DNA of 32,067 nucleotides, taken from IMG/VR virus record IMGVR_UViG_3300001919_000084. One strand, 5' to 3'. The notes under the pieces were generated by a model. It was not told where the DNA came from and made no database searches. It saw only the letters and a list, made by a program, of their open reading frames with translations. The stretch is from a virus (lineage: Duplodnaviria > Heunggongvirae > Uroviricota > Caudoviricetes). Shown here piece after piece: positions 16,187 to 24,895 of this stretch. How positions within the stretch are numbered: position 1 is the stretch's first letter; the number at the start of each line of letters is the position of its first letter. Position numbers and translations under genes: made by a program.

Positions 16187-16685
16187 AGGTTTAACGCCCG
16201 CACAACTGGCAGAGCGTAACGCTGAGTATGTAACGGAAATTTCCCGACTTGAGAAAGAGCGCGCGGCGCTGGCTGCGGAGAATGCGAGACTGAAGGCGAT
16301 ATGTGAGGATCGCCGCACGTTCATTATGAATGGCGTGCAGCTTGGTTTTATCAAGGTGCCAACAGTGGAAATAGATCCAGCTCTTGAAACAATTCGTATC
16401 GCCCTATCACCACAAAAAACTACTCCTGCGACCGACACTTTCCTGGATGAAGTGAAGACTGAAGCACGCAAGGAGGGCGCTTACTTTGTGGCGAACAGAA
16501 TGCTGGCTGCCTGGGTAGCTGGTTTTATTGATGATACTGCGAAGAACGCCGCGGATATTGCCCGGATGATTCTTACCTCTACTGAGTTTATGGCTAATGC
16601 GCCGGAAGGCGATTTTGACCGCTCATTCTCTGATGGCGTTCTCGAAGATATCGCCGAACAGCTTCGTAAAGGAGTCATCCAGTGA
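16176..16685 (+). CDS. Ea22-like coiled-coil protein (paralog 1)
   Basis: AAAGGAG 5 nt upstream; [17 protein letters not shown] coiled coil; C-terminal domain TPATDTFLDEVKTEARKEG...EQLRKGVIQ is paralogous to 17670-18455. Confidence 0.55.
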   Translation: MKSEGLTPAQLAERNAEYVTEISRLEKERAALAAENARLKAICEDRRTFIMNGVQLGFIKVPTVEIDPALETIRIALSPQKTTPATDTFLDEVKTEARKEGAYFVANRMLAAWVAGFIDDTAKNAADIARMILTSTEFMANAPEGDFDRSFSDGVLEDIAEQLRKGVIQ

Positions 16686-17350
16686 GCGAGCTTTATTATC
16701 AGACGTTACGTGAACGTTTTTCACCGAAACCAGCGCCTAAATGCTCTGTTTGTGGCGAGGAAATGTCAATGCAGCGCATATCTGGATCACATGTTGTTTA
16801 TGCCTGTTCTGGCATGGAGGAAGACGGATGCTTCAAAACTGGACGAACTTATGCTGACGAGCATTACAAAAAATCGCGCATAACAGTAGTTGATGATAGC
16901 GATCCTGATGTGATTGAACTGCTGGACGAGAACGTGGAGATGGCTCTAACGCTTGAGAATCTGCGTGTTGAGCTGGAAGCCGCTAAAAAGTGTATTGCAG
17001 AGCTGGAAAGCAATTGCGGGGCGCTGGTGGCGGAATGCCAAAACAAAAAAGCAGCACTTGAGGAAATTCTTAGCCATCTCCCAATTAATCATCCAGATAT
17101 AGACATCGCATGTGTAGCGAACATAGCTCATAACAAATTAGGCGAGGTGAAAAGCACTACATCTGAAGCTTACCTTGTTGAAATACAGGCTCAGGGATTG
17201 GAGGCATTCGCTTTGACGATGCGCGATACCGGAGATGATCCATTTTTTGATTCCGTTGCTTCTGCTTGCGCGGATGCGGCTGACAGGTTCGCAGCCCTGC
17301 TTCGTAAAGGACAATCCTGCCTGCGCCCGAACTTTGAAGGGAAAAGATGA
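16682..17350 (+). CDS. coiled-coil protein with N-terminal CxxC zinc-ribbon-like motif
   Basis: GTG start overlapping the upstream stop (caGTGAgc); [24 protein letters not shown]; [30 protein letters not shown] coiled coil. Confidence 0.5.
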   Translation: MSELYYQTLRERFSPKPAPKCSVCGEEMSMQRISGSHVVYACSGMEEDGCFKTGRTYADEHYKKSRITVVDDSDPDVIELLDENVEMALTLENLRVELEAAKKCIAELESNCGALVAECQNKKAALEEILSHLPINHPDIDIACVANIAHNKLGEVKSTTSEAYLVEIQAQGLEAFALTMRDTGDDPFFDSVASACADAADRFAALLRKGQSCLRPNFEGKR

Positions 17351-17673
17351 TGACCACATCGCATTCTGCAATTACCCAGGAAAAAGCCTTCCACATACTC
17401 GAACGATTAGAAACGCTCGCTACGGAGGAGAAGATATCCCCGGAGATGCTGGTCGAGTGCAGCCGTGTGATATTGCGTCGCAAGAACGACATCGCGCGGC
17501 TGACATCTGGCGCACCATCCGTATCAGCCAGTCCAACGCTTTATTGCAGCTTCTGTAACAAATCCCAGCACACCGTTAAAAAGTTAATTGCCGGGGACAA
17601 CGTTTTCATCTGCAACGAGTGCGTGAAAGATTGCAACAACATTATCCAGGAAGAGCAAAGGGAATCAGCATGA
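17347..17673 (+). CDS. small protein with ClpX-type zinc-binding domain
   Basis: 108 aa; C-terminal [36 protein letters not shown] matches the ClpX N-terminal C4 zinc-finger signature; ATGA overlap with the upstream stop. Confidence 0.65.
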   Translation: MMTTSHSAITQEKAFHILERLETLATEEKISPEMLVECSRVILRRKNDIARLTSGAPSVSASPTLYCSFCNKSQHTVKKLIAGDNVFICNECVKDCNNIIQEEQRESA

Positions 17674-18455
17674 AATTTTCCAAATTTTCTGAGTTGGTGA
17701 ATCGTATTTTGTCCAACAACCACAGCCATCGTCGCGATATGGATGTAACGATCGTTGTTCATTCGCCTGGTCGCATCGGTTCAACACCATCAGTTGAGGT
17801 TCAGTCAATTCAGGTGGGTTTTGATTGGGATGCCGGGCAAGTGATGATTTTTCCAGCACAGCCACTGACCACGCTAACACCAGAACAGATTACTGATATT
17901 ACTGATAGTGTGCGCAAAGGTCAGTCCTGGCACGCATATCAGGAATACAAGAAGCATAAAGAGCAGTTGGAAAAATTATCGATTGAACTTGATGCCGCAA
18001 AACAGCGCATTGCAGAGCTGGAGGGTAATTGCGCGGCGCTGGCGGCGGAGAATGCGGGAATAAAGTCTGCAATTCCAGAATCACGGGATATTGAGGATGA
18101 CAATGACAATATGGATGACGTATCTCTCGCGGAAGATTTCGGGTTCAATCATGCAATAGAACTGATGAGGAGACGGATTCCTGAAACTCCGGCCACCGAC
18201 GCTTTCCTGGCTGAAGTACGTGCGGAGGCACGCAACGAGGGGATTAACTACACCGCAAGCCGTCTTGCTGCTGCGTTCAATCACGGATTTATCAATAAGT
18301 CTTTGCGTGAAGTTTTCGACGTTACACGCATGATTTTGTCAGCGAAAGAAGAGTTGGCTAATGAACCGCATCCGCTTGATGGCCTGTCCGGTGAATATGC
18401 GGAGAAATCCCTTGAAGAATGGGCGGAACAGATTCGCAAAGGAAGCAGCCAGTGA
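17670..18455 (+). CDS. Ea22-like coiled-coil protein (paralog 2)
   Basis: ORF 17619-18455 trimmed to ATG at 17670 overlapping the upstream TGA; [23 protein letters not shown] coiled coil; C-terminal [19 protein letters not shown]...EQIRKGSSQ. Confidence 0.55.
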   Translation: MKFSKFSELVNRILSNNHSHRRDMDVTIVVHSPGRIGSTPSVEVQSIQVGFDWDAGQVMIFPAQPLTTLTPEQITDITDSVRKGQSWHAYQEYKKHKEQLEKLSIELDAAKQRIAELEGNCAALAAENAGIKSAIPESRDIEDDNDNMDDVSLAEDFGFNHAIELMRRRIPETPATDAFLAEVRAEARNEGINYTASRLAAAFNHGFINKSLREVFDVTRMILSAKEELANEPHPLDGLSGEYAEKSLEEWAEQIRKGSSQ

Positions 18456-18772
18456 ATATCGACACCACGATAACGCTCGATACGGCCCTAAATACCGGTC
18501 TGGCACTTCTCGGTTGGCTTTACATCATGTCCCGTACATGGCGATGGCTGGGTTCCATTTTCCTGAAACAGTGGAAAAAACGGCGCAAACAGGAACTACG
18601 CCAGAAGGCATTAGAAGCGTTCNNNNNNNNNNNNNNNGAACTACGCCAGAAGGCATTAGAAGCGTTCTATGACGCATTTGAACTTGGCAGCATTGAACCA
18701 GGCACAACAGCGAGGATAGCGACAAAAGGCGACCTGATGATAGTGATGTTCAGACAGGAGAAAACAAAATGA
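18452..18772 (+). CDS. small membrane protein, reading frame interrupted by an assembly gap
   Basis: GTG start overlapping the upstream stop; hydrophobic LNTGLALLGWLYIM; contains N-run 18623-18637 flanked by an exact 30-bp duplication, so length and frame are unreliable. Confidence 0.35.
   Translation: MNIDTTITLDTALNTGLALLGWLYIMSRTWRWLGSIFLKQWKKRRKQELRQKALEAFXXXXXELRQKALEAFYDAFELGSIEPGTTARIATKGDLMIVMFRQEKTK
18623..18637. other. assembly gap (15 N)
   Basis: Run of n; the 30 bp before and after (gaactacgccagaaggcattagaagcgttc) are identical, suggesting an unresolved overlap join. Confidence 0.95.
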
Positions 18773-18993
18773 CAGAACAGACGATGACAAATCGCGAACT
18801 TGTTGATGCCGCGATTGAACTTGCTGGCGATTTTTATTCCATGATGGGTTACGAGCATCGACCTGGTTTTAAGTATTGGGAGTCACCGCATCCGCAAGAA
18901 CAACAGGTGTTTGAAATGGCTTGCCGTGCTTTTGAGTTTATTCGCGGTTCTGATGTGATGGATGCCGTTGCCGACTTGGAGGATGAAGAGTGA
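18769..18993 (+). CDS. hypothetical protein (74 aa)
   Basis: AGGAG 8 nt upstream of ATG at 18769; ATGA overlap with the upstream stop. Confidence 0.5.
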   Translation: MTEQTMTNRELVDAAIELAGDFYSMMGYEHRPGFKYWESPHPQEQQVFEMACRAFEFIRGSDVMDAVADLEDEE

Positions 18994-19301
18994 GCACAAT
19001 TAAAGAAATGCCGGTAGAACGTGATGAATATGGCTGCTGGACACATCCGGAGTATGAAAAGTTTTGCGCAGGCCGTGAATATATTTCCACTGAGGAATTT
19101 GACGCCTGGATGAAGGAAAATAATCTTCAGTGGACTATTCGCAGTATGGATGAAGATGATTTTGATCTGGACGCAGCTGGTCCCGATATTGCCGCCTGGG
19201 AACCGGAGCGACCAGAGGGTGAAGGCTGGTTTGTTGGCTCTATTCATGACACTGAAGATGGTCCAGTTTGTATCTGGCTGCGGGAGAAGGTTGCCGCATG
19301 A
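18990..19301 (+). CDS. hypothetical protein (103 aa)
   Basis: GTG start with GGAGG 7 nt upstream, overlapping the upstream stop; acidic protein. Confidence 0.45.
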   Translation: MSTIKEMPVERDEYGCWTHPEYEKFCAGREYISTEEFDAWMKENNLQWTIRSMDEDDFDLDAAGPDIAAWEPERPEGEGWFVGSIHDTEDGPVCIWLREKVAA

Positions 19302-19990
19302 TCCAGGCTATGCATGAAGTGAATTTATATAGCCGTATTGATGGTTCTGGCTACAGAAACATATGGGTTGTTGGTGATCTGCATGGTTGCTACACCAGAC
19401 TGATGTCCGAACTCCATCGTGTGGATTTTGACCCGGCGCAGGATTTACTGATATCGGTTGGCGACCTTATCGATCGCGGTACTGAAAATGTCGAATGTCT
19501 GGAACTATTGCAGATGCCCTGGTTCAGGGCAGTAATGGGGAACCATGAGCGGTTGATGCTTGATGCGTTAAGTCCTGATGGCAACGTGAATAACTGGCTA
19601 ATGAATGGCGGACAATGGTTCTTCATGCTGGACACTGATCAGGAAATATTAGCCAAGGCGCTGGTGGAGCTGGTAAAGCGTCTGCCATATATCATTGAGT
19701 TGAACACCGGGCATGAAACTATCGTTATAGCCCATGCCGACTATCCAGGTGGAGAGTACCAGTTCGGTAAGGATGTGTCGCTTTTTGATGTTGTCTGGTC
19801 GCGCAGTCGCGTCGGTGATTCGATAGATGGCATTGGTGGAGAAATCACAGGCGCAGATCGCTTTATCTTTGGGCACACACCGGTACGAAGACCAAAAGCA
19901 TACTGGAATCAGCACTACATAGACACGGGCGCGGTTTTTTGCGGAAATCTGACGCTAATGCAGGTGAAGGGAGGGCAGCTTAAAGTCTGA
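19298..19990 (+). CDS. serine/threonine protein phosphatase (PPP family)
   Basis: ORF 19268-19990 trimmed to ATG at 19298 (ATGA overlap); metallophosphatase motifs GDLHG, GDLIDRG, GNHE. Confidence 0.8.
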   Translation: MIQAMHEVNLYSRIDGSGYRNIWVVGDLHGCYTRLMSELHRVDFDPAQDLLISVGDLIDRGTENVECLELLQMPWFRAVMGNHERLMLDALSPDGNVNNWLMNGGQWFFMLDTDQEILAKALVELVKRLPYIIELNTGHETIVIAHADYPGGEYQFGKDVSLFDVVWSRSRVGDSIDGIGGEITGADRFIFGHTPVRRPKAYWNQHYIDTGAVFCGNLTLMQVKGGQLKV

Positions 19991-20015
19991 TCAAATCATT
20001 TACGCACTCATAATT

Positions 20016-20045
20016 TGTTAGAACATTGATTTTAGTTTTCTAACA
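20016..20045. promoter_or_regulatory. inverted repeat TGTTAGA-N16-TCTAACA (operator-like site 3)
   Basis: tgttagaacattgattttagttttctaaca; ends 43 bp before the ATG at 20088, the same offset as site 2 from the ATG at 15097. Confidence 0.4.
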
Positions 20046-20087
20046 TATTATTTTACCGCTCGGAACAAAACAGAGTCGGTATACATT

Positions 20088-21083
20088 ATGAGTGCAATAA
20101 TCACACCTCATTTCGTAAACGGAGCTGGTGTGGCTGTCTTTCCGGTAGACAAGCCCACCAGTAACTACATTGGCGCAGGTCGCCGTTTCATTATCTCCCC
20201 ACTTCCGCGTGAACAGGCTGAAAACACGCCAGATGGCGTAGTGGATCTGAATTATTCGCTGGTTGCCAACCAGTCTCTGAAACCGTTTTTTCAAAGCGAG
20301 CGCGTATTTAACGCGTTGGGCGGTGAAGATTCGCTTGTTCATTGGGTAAGTTCCAATATCCACGATTGCCAGGCGCACGATAAGCGCGATTGCAGCCACC
20401 AGCTAACCACTCATTTCTATAACGGCTCTGCCGTTCGCCTGTGCTGGAAGCATGATGCGGAATACATGATGAAGGGGTACAGCAAGTTGGACGACCAGTT
20501 ATCCCTGAATCGTGCCAACTGGGTTATGAACTGGGCTGCGAGCGAGTTAAAACTACCGCCAGAACGCGATCTGAGCATGGTTGAACTCACTTTTTGGGCC
20601 ATTCGCCGGAATCTGAAAGATGAGCTACCAGATGAAGCCGGTCGCATTGCATTTTGTCAGCCAAAAACTGAAATCCCTACCGGTACGCTGAAAGAATCAG
20701 ATATCACCTGGGAGCACAGTACCCGCGAGCTGGTGGACATAACCGCAGAGCAGATCGTCAACCTGTCTGTAGATGAGGATTCCGGCCTGCTTTATATGCG
20801 CCGACCAAAAGCGGTCCTCGGTAAAAGCCCGGCTTATCTCCGGTTTGTGGTTTCTCGTCCGTGCATCGGATGCGGTGGCAAAGTTAACCACCCGTTCATG
20901 TACCGCGCCCGCTCGTTAAACGAACACGACCGCTGGGCTGTTCCTCTTTGCGATGACTGCGCCAGAAGCGCAGAAAACGATGTCCGGGCATGGGAAAAAG
21001 CACATGGCATACGCCTTTACGTAGCCGCTAACCAGCTTTTTGACTTCGCCATCGAGCGCGGAGTGATCACTTTCAATAACTGA
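20088..21083 (+). CDS. hypothetical protein with C-terminal Cys-rich zinc-ribbon-like motif
   Basis: 331 aa; RPCIGCGGKVNHPFMYRARSLNEHDRWAVPLCDDCARS near the C-terminus. Confidence 0.55.
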   Translation: MSAIITPHFVNGAGVAVFPVDKPTSNYIGAGRRFIISPLPREQAENTPDGVVDLNYSLVANQSLKPFFQSERVFNALGGEDSLVHWVSSNIHDCQAHDKRDCSHQLTTHFYNGSAVRLCWKHDAEYMMKGYSKLDDQLSLNRANWVMNWAASELKLPPERDLSMVELTFWAIRRNLKDELPDEAGRIAFCQPKTEIPTGTLKESDITWEHSTRELVDITAEQIVNLSVDEDSGLLYMRRPKAVLGKSPAYLRFVVSRPCIGCGGKVNHPFMYRARSLNEHDRWAVPLCDDCARSAENDVRAWEKAHGIRLYVAANQLFDFAIERGVITFNN

Positions 21084-21099
21084 TGAGGTGGATCAAAAA

Positions 21100-21780
21100 A
21101 TGAAAGAACGCGGGATGATTTTTAACGATGAGATGGTCAGGGCCATCCTCGAAGGAAGGAAGACGCAGACTCGCCGACCTGTAAAAAATGTCAGGGCCGA
21201 TAACTGCCTGGTTATCCGTAAACCGACAAAGAAACGCAATGGTGTCTATACCCACGTTATGGATGCACCTGAACATGGTTTATGCCCGTTCGGTAACGTT
21301 GGTGATCGCATATGGGTCCGTGAGGCGTGGGCGATATTAGGCAATGAGGATGGTTGCAGTGTGGACTGGAACGACAACCTTTGTCGTGGCGATGAGAAGA
21401 ACGCAGCAAGGATTTATCGGGCCAGTTGTGAGCAAAAGCCGGGTGATTACGGCTTGTGGTCGATACCCGATGATGCCGACTGGAAACCTCACACTGTGAA
21501 TGAAAAATTTGATGGCGGGTGGCGTCCATCAATTCACATGCCGCGCTGGGCATCGCGCATTTTGCTGGAAATTACCGACGTGCGTGTGGAACGGCTGCGT
21601 GATATGAGCGAGGCAGATGCTAAAGCAGAAGGCGCATCTCCGGCGATGTACAAAATTACGCCGCCGGAAGCTGTTTATCGCGTTGGTTTTGGTGATATCT
21701 GGCGCAGTATTTACGGGCAGGATAACTGGCTATCTAACCCGTGGGTATGGGTAATCGAGTTTAAGCGCATTCAGGAATAA
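21100..21780 (+). CDS. ASCH-domain protein
   Basis: ORF 21088-21780 (GTG) trimmed to ATG at 21100; MIFNDEMVRAILEGRKTQTRRP matches the ASCH GxKxxxxR signature. Confidence 0.55.
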   Translation: MKERGMIFNDEMVRAILEGRKTQTRRPVKNVRADNCLVIRKPTKKRNGVYTHVMDAPEHGLCPFGNVGDRIWVREAWAILGNEDGCSVDWNDNLCRGDEKNAARIYRASCEQKPGDYGLWSIPDDADWKPHTVNEKFDGGWRPSIHMPRWASRILLEITDVRVERLRDMSEADAKAEGASPAMYKITPPEAVYRVGFGDIWRSIYGQDNWLSNPWVWVIEFKRIQE

Positions 21781-21863
21781 ACCGTGAGTATGCATCAAAT
21801 CGTCAGTTTTTCAGGTGGACGAGCATCGGCCTGTCTCGTTCATCTGTTCGAAGAGGTAGTGGC

Positions 21864-22067
21864 ATGACAATCGTAAAAACCCATACCGGCACCGTGATCA
21901 CCAAAGACGGTCCGCAGGTAAAAAAACTGCACCAAACAGAGCGGATGTGGGTCGTCGGCAAAAATGAGTTTTACCACAAAGATACCGGACGCCGCCACTT
22001 TGCAGAAAATACGCGCCGTCGACTGCTGTTAGACACCATCAAGCCTATCGAGGTGAAGCATGTTTAA
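21864..22067 (+). CDS. hypothetical protein (67 aa)
   Basis: GAGG 8 nt upstream of ATG at 21864; overlaps the next gene by 8 nt. Confidence 0.45.
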   Translation: MTIVKTHTGTVITKDGPQVKKLHQTERMWVVGKNEFYHKDTGRRHFAENTRRRLLLDTIKPIEVKHV

Positions 22068-22299
22068 ACAGAACGAAAAAGCTATCGCTCAAATTGCTGA
22101 TTATATCCCGCGTGCGTGCCGGGGTATGCAGTTGCAGGAAGCCAAAGCGCGCCTGGAGAAAAAAATTGCGCTCTATATTGATGACGGCTGTGATGCTGCC
22201 GTTCTTAACGCGGCGTTCGCACCAGCTCTTAACAGTCATACTCGGGAGTCTTTTTTTTCGTGCATCGAAGCGCAACTCCGCAAAGGAGGCAACCAGTGA
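22060..22299 (+). CDS. small protein sharing the QLRKGxxQ C-terminal end of the Ea22-like paralogs
   Basis: 79 aa ending ...AQLRKGGNQ, followed by the same GTGA overlap junction as at 16682 and 18452. Confidence 0.45.
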   Translation: MFKQNEKAIAQIADYIPRACRGMQLQEAKARLEKKIALYIDDGCDAAVLNAAFAPALNSHTRESFFSCIEAQLRKGGNQ

Positions 22300-23021
22300 G
22301 CCAGATTGATTATCAAAAGCTTCGTGAAATCGCTGAAAAAACAAAAATTGCCGGTGAAGCACCTGTAATGCCTTTCGATCAGCGAATTAATGCGCTTAAC
22401 GATTTTATGAAGCACTTTTCGCCAGATATCGCGCTGGCATTGTTGGATGAACGGGAAAGAAACCAGCAATACATCAAACGCCGCGACCAGGAGAACGAGG
22501 ATATTGCGCTTACGGTTGGGAGGCTGCGCGTTGAGCTGGAAGGCAAAGACAGCAAAATAGCCAATCTTACCGCCGAACGCGATGCTCTTCGTGAAGGTGA
22601 GATGGGCGACGCTAGGCATAGCAACACACGGGCCGCAGCTGATATCTACTTCCAACTGGTCGAGGAATGCGAAATTCCTGCTGGCGGATCTCTGGTCGAG
22701 TACGTTGACGATATGCGCGAGAAGCTGGAAGCCGCAGAGAAGCGCATTGCAGAACTGGAAGCACGGGAAATAAAACCAGCCAAAGGCGAAGTTCTTGTCG
22801 TTGTCTCTGGTTTTACTGGTTGCGGGAAAAGCGCCATTGCCGGGGAAATAGAAATTGCGATGAAAGCTATTGGTGTGCCGGTTCAATGGACTAATGGCGA
22901 TGCAGAAAAGCATATGACCGGCGCTGACTGGCTGACAGCGATTGAGATGTACAAACCAACTGTGCGCATCGTGGAAGTTAATGTGCCACGCGCCGCTGGC
23001 ATTCGCATCAAAGGAGAGTGA
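22296..23021 (+). CDS. Ea22-like coiled-coil protein (paralog 3)
   Basis: GTG start overlapping the upstream stop; LRVELEGKDSKIANLTAERDAL and REKLEAAEKRIAELEA coiled-coil segments. Confidence 0.5.
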   Translation: MSQIDYQKLREIAEKTKIAGEAPVMPFDQRINALNDFMKHFSPDIALALLDERERNQQYIKRRDQENEDIALTVGRLRVELEGKDSKIANLTAERDALREGEMGDARHSNTRAAADIYFQLVEECEIPAGGSLVEYVDDMREKLEAAEKRIAELEAREIKPAKGEVLVVVSGFTGCGKSAIAGEIEIAMKAIGVPVQWTNGDAEKHMTGADWLTAIEMYKPTVRIVEVNVPRAAGIRIKGE

Positions 23022-23022
23022 T

Positions 23023-23217
23023 ATGGCAACCAACAACCGTAAAGCAAAGATTCTGTTAGTTCGTAGAAACGCTCCTGGCGTCTGGCAGTGGGTGAGACTC
23101 AGCAACCGACGGATGGGGTTGATGAAATATTACGGGATGATGGATTGTGGTTTTTGCAAAAAGCCCAGCGCGGCGCAAAACCGCTGGAAAAACCATTTGC
23201 GCACTAAAGGAGAGTGA
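23023..23217 (+). CDS. small Cys-containing protein (64 aa)
   Basis: AAGGAG 6 nt upstream of the ATG; the 18-nt junction aaaggagagtgatatggc is repeated exactly at the next gene start; protein ends ...RTKGE. Confidence 0.45.
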   Translation: MATNNRKAKILLVRRNAPGVWQWVRLSNRRMGLMKYYGMMDCGFCKKPSAAQNRWKNHLRTKGE

Positions 23218-23218
23218 T

Positions 23219-23428
23219 ATGGCTATTGCCGCAAGTTACACCATGCATCTCTATTGTGACTGCCGCCAGTGTACGGAAGGTGTATATCCAGTGCCAGACT
23301 TCGGTGAGTATATCGGTACGTCATGGTCTGGTTGTGCAAAAGAGGCGCGCAAGGATGGCTGGCGCATAAGCAAAGACAAAACGCGTGCTTTTGCGCCCGG
23401 GCATAAAGTTTTGAGGATTAACAAATGA
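23219..23428 (+). CDS. small Cys-rich protein (69 aa)
   Basis: Same 18-nt junction and SD; MAIAASYTMHLYCDCRQCTEG... Confidence 0.45.
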   Translation: MAIAASYTMHLYCDCRQCTEGVYPVPDFGEYIGTSWSGCAKEARKDGWRISKDKTRAFAPGHKVLRINK

Positions 23429-24627
23429 CCACTATTACCAAAGAGCGACTGCTGGCAATCAAGCAGTGGCGCGAAACATACGGACCTGGTAGCAACGTTG
23501 TACTGCCAGCAGAAGAAGCGGAAGAACTGGCACGGATTGCTCTGGCAGCGCTGGAAGCTGAACCTGTTCTGTATCAGTCCTGCACTCGCCCCACTTGGAA
23601 TAGCGGTGTTCCGTGGACGGAATGGAAAGAACGTAGTCGTGAGGGCTACGAAAACGATTTGCGCTTTACAGACACGCCTGACCATGCCGGTTGGATAAAC
23701 AAATGCCGAAAACTATATACCACTCCGCCAGTTCCGGTAATGCAGGCTGATGTCGCGCAAGCAATTGAAAACCTCAAGCAGAAGTTAGTGGAATGCAATC
23801 GCTATAACTACTGCGCAGATGCCGTTAAAGGTGTTGAGGATGCCAGCCGCGTCTTGGCACTCCAAAATCAAAATATGTCAGCGCCGATAACGCCGGAGGC
23901 TATTGAAAACGCAATTGAATACATCCGCAGTATCGCTTTTCACATCAATGAAGACGATTACCACGGCAAACATATTGCGTATTTCATGCGACAAGCATTG
24001 GCCTGGCTGGAAGGGCATTCATGCAGCAACGATAGACTGGGTAAAGCCGATAATCAACCAGTACGCGGCAACCAGGCTGCCGAATCCAATCGCGGTAATG
24101 AGTGGACCGGCAATCCTGATATTGATAACGCCATCATCATGCTCGATCGCATAGATACTCTGGAAAATTGCGATGATGACCGTATTGAGGCTGTTAAGGC
24201 CGTTTTGCGTAGACTGGCTGGCAACTATCCGGATATTCCGGATAGTTCGGTGCCAGCGCCAGGAAAGGGCGTCACCGGTGAACNNNNNNNNNNNNNNNNN
24301 NNNNNNNNNNNNNNNNNNNNNNTCCGAATTAAGCCGCATGTTTATCGCGAACTGGTTAACCGTCTCCACGATACAGCGATCAAGTGTGCTGGCACCCAGC
24401 AATTACGAGAAAGAATTAGCCGTGTTTTAGGCGACGTTATTACGCCAGATCATCATAAACAAGCCGAGAAAAGTGGCTTGGAAAGGTGTCACCTTGAGGC
24501 GGCATTAAACATTAAGCCGGGGCATACACTTGGCATTATTGATGCACTATTGGTTCATAAGATGGCCAGGGCTTTATTGCCGCTGGTGGCTGAAAAGCAT
24601 GAGGTGGACCATGCCAACGAAAGCTGA
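23425..24627 (+). CDS. hypothetical protein (about 400 aa), interrupted by an assembly gap
   Basis: ATGA overlap with the upstream stop; contains N-run 24284-24322; C-terminal segment VYRELVNRLHDTAIKCAGTQQLRERI resembles the C-terminus of the DUF4406 protein. Confidence 0.5.
   Translation: MTTITKERLLAIKQWRETYGPGSNVVLPAEEAEELARIALAALEAEPVLYQSCTRPTWNSGVPWTEWKERSREGYENDLRFTDTPDHAGWINKCRKLYTTPPVPVMQADVAQAIENLKQKLVECNRYNYCADAVKGVEDASRVLALQNQNMSAPITPEAIENAIEYIRSIAFHINEDDYHGKHIAYFMRQALAWLEGHSCSNDRLGKADNQPVRGNQAAESNRGNEWTGNPDIDNAIIMLDRIDTLENCDDDRIEAVKAVLRRLAGNYPDIPDSSVPAPGKGVTGEXXXXXXXXXXXXXXRIKPHVYRELVNRLHDTAIKCAGTQQLRERISRVLGDVITPDHHKQAEKSGLERCHLEAALNIKPGHTLGIIDALLVHKMARALLPLVAEKHEVDHANES
24284..24322. 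other. assembly gap (39 N)
   Basis: Run of n inside the reading frame of 23425-24627. Confidence 0.95.
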
Positions 24628-24895
24628 ATTACAGGTGCGCGTAGATGAGCTTGAAAAAGAGAACGCGAGCCTCAAAAAAATGCTGTCGCGGGCGGAAAGG
24701 GAATTATCAGGCAAATTATTGCCAGAAGAACTGCCACCAGCAGATATACCTGATCGAGTGTCCTGGTGGATGAAGTATTTCCGTGCACCGTGGGAGGCGT
24801 TTTGGTGCTACCACCATCGCAGATGGTGTGATGAACTTGATAGCAGTTTTCCCTACTTTGCGGAAGGGAACACCTGCCCTCAATGCAGGGGATAG
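24611..24895 (+). CDS. hypothetical protein with coiled coil and C-terminal Cys/His motif
   Basis: ORF 24530-24895 trimmed to ATG at 24611 (GAGG 6 nt upstream); ...FWCYHHRRWCDE...CPQCRG. Confidence 0.45.
   Translation: MPTKAELQVRVDELEKENASLKKMLSRAERELSGKLLPEELPPADIPDRVSWWMKYFRAPWEAFWCYHHRRWCDELDSSFPYFAEGNTCPQCRG

Noticed and set aside
16037-16471. Minus-strand ORF (144 aa)
   Set aside because: Antisense to coupled plus-strand genes with good SDs; Ser/Ala/Arg-rich shadow composition.
18593-18667. Direct repeats flanking the N-run as a possible CRISPR or tandem repeat
   Set aside because: Only two copies separated by N's; an assembly artefact, not a repeat array.
18849-19247. Minus-strand ORF (132 aa)
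   Set aside because: Antisense to the coupled 18769/18990 genes; no SD.
20040-20399. Minus-strand ORF (119 aa)
   Set aside because: Overlaps the start of the 20088 gene and the operator-like site 3; no SD.
21257-21553. Minus-strand ORF (98 aa)
   Set aside because: Lies inside the ASCH-domain gene on the opposite strand; His/Pro/Cys-rich shadow composition.
21784-21867. Short frame encoding ...QIVSFSGGRASACLVHLFEEV, reminiscent of a PAPS-reductase-type PP-loop
   Set aside because: Only 27 codons and SGGRAS deviates from SGGxDS; at most a gene remnant, too weak to annotate.
22236-23105. Long minus-strand ORF (289 aa)
   Set aside because: F/C/H/L-rich composition typical of the antisense frame of GAA/GAG-rich coiled-coil genes; it overlaps three tightly coupled plus-strand genes.
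23251-23685. Minus-strand ORF (144 aa)
   Set aside because: Antisense to 23219-23428 and 23425-24627; no start context.
24019-24402. Minus-strand ORF spanning the N-run
   Set aside because: Reads through undetermined bases; artefact of the gap.
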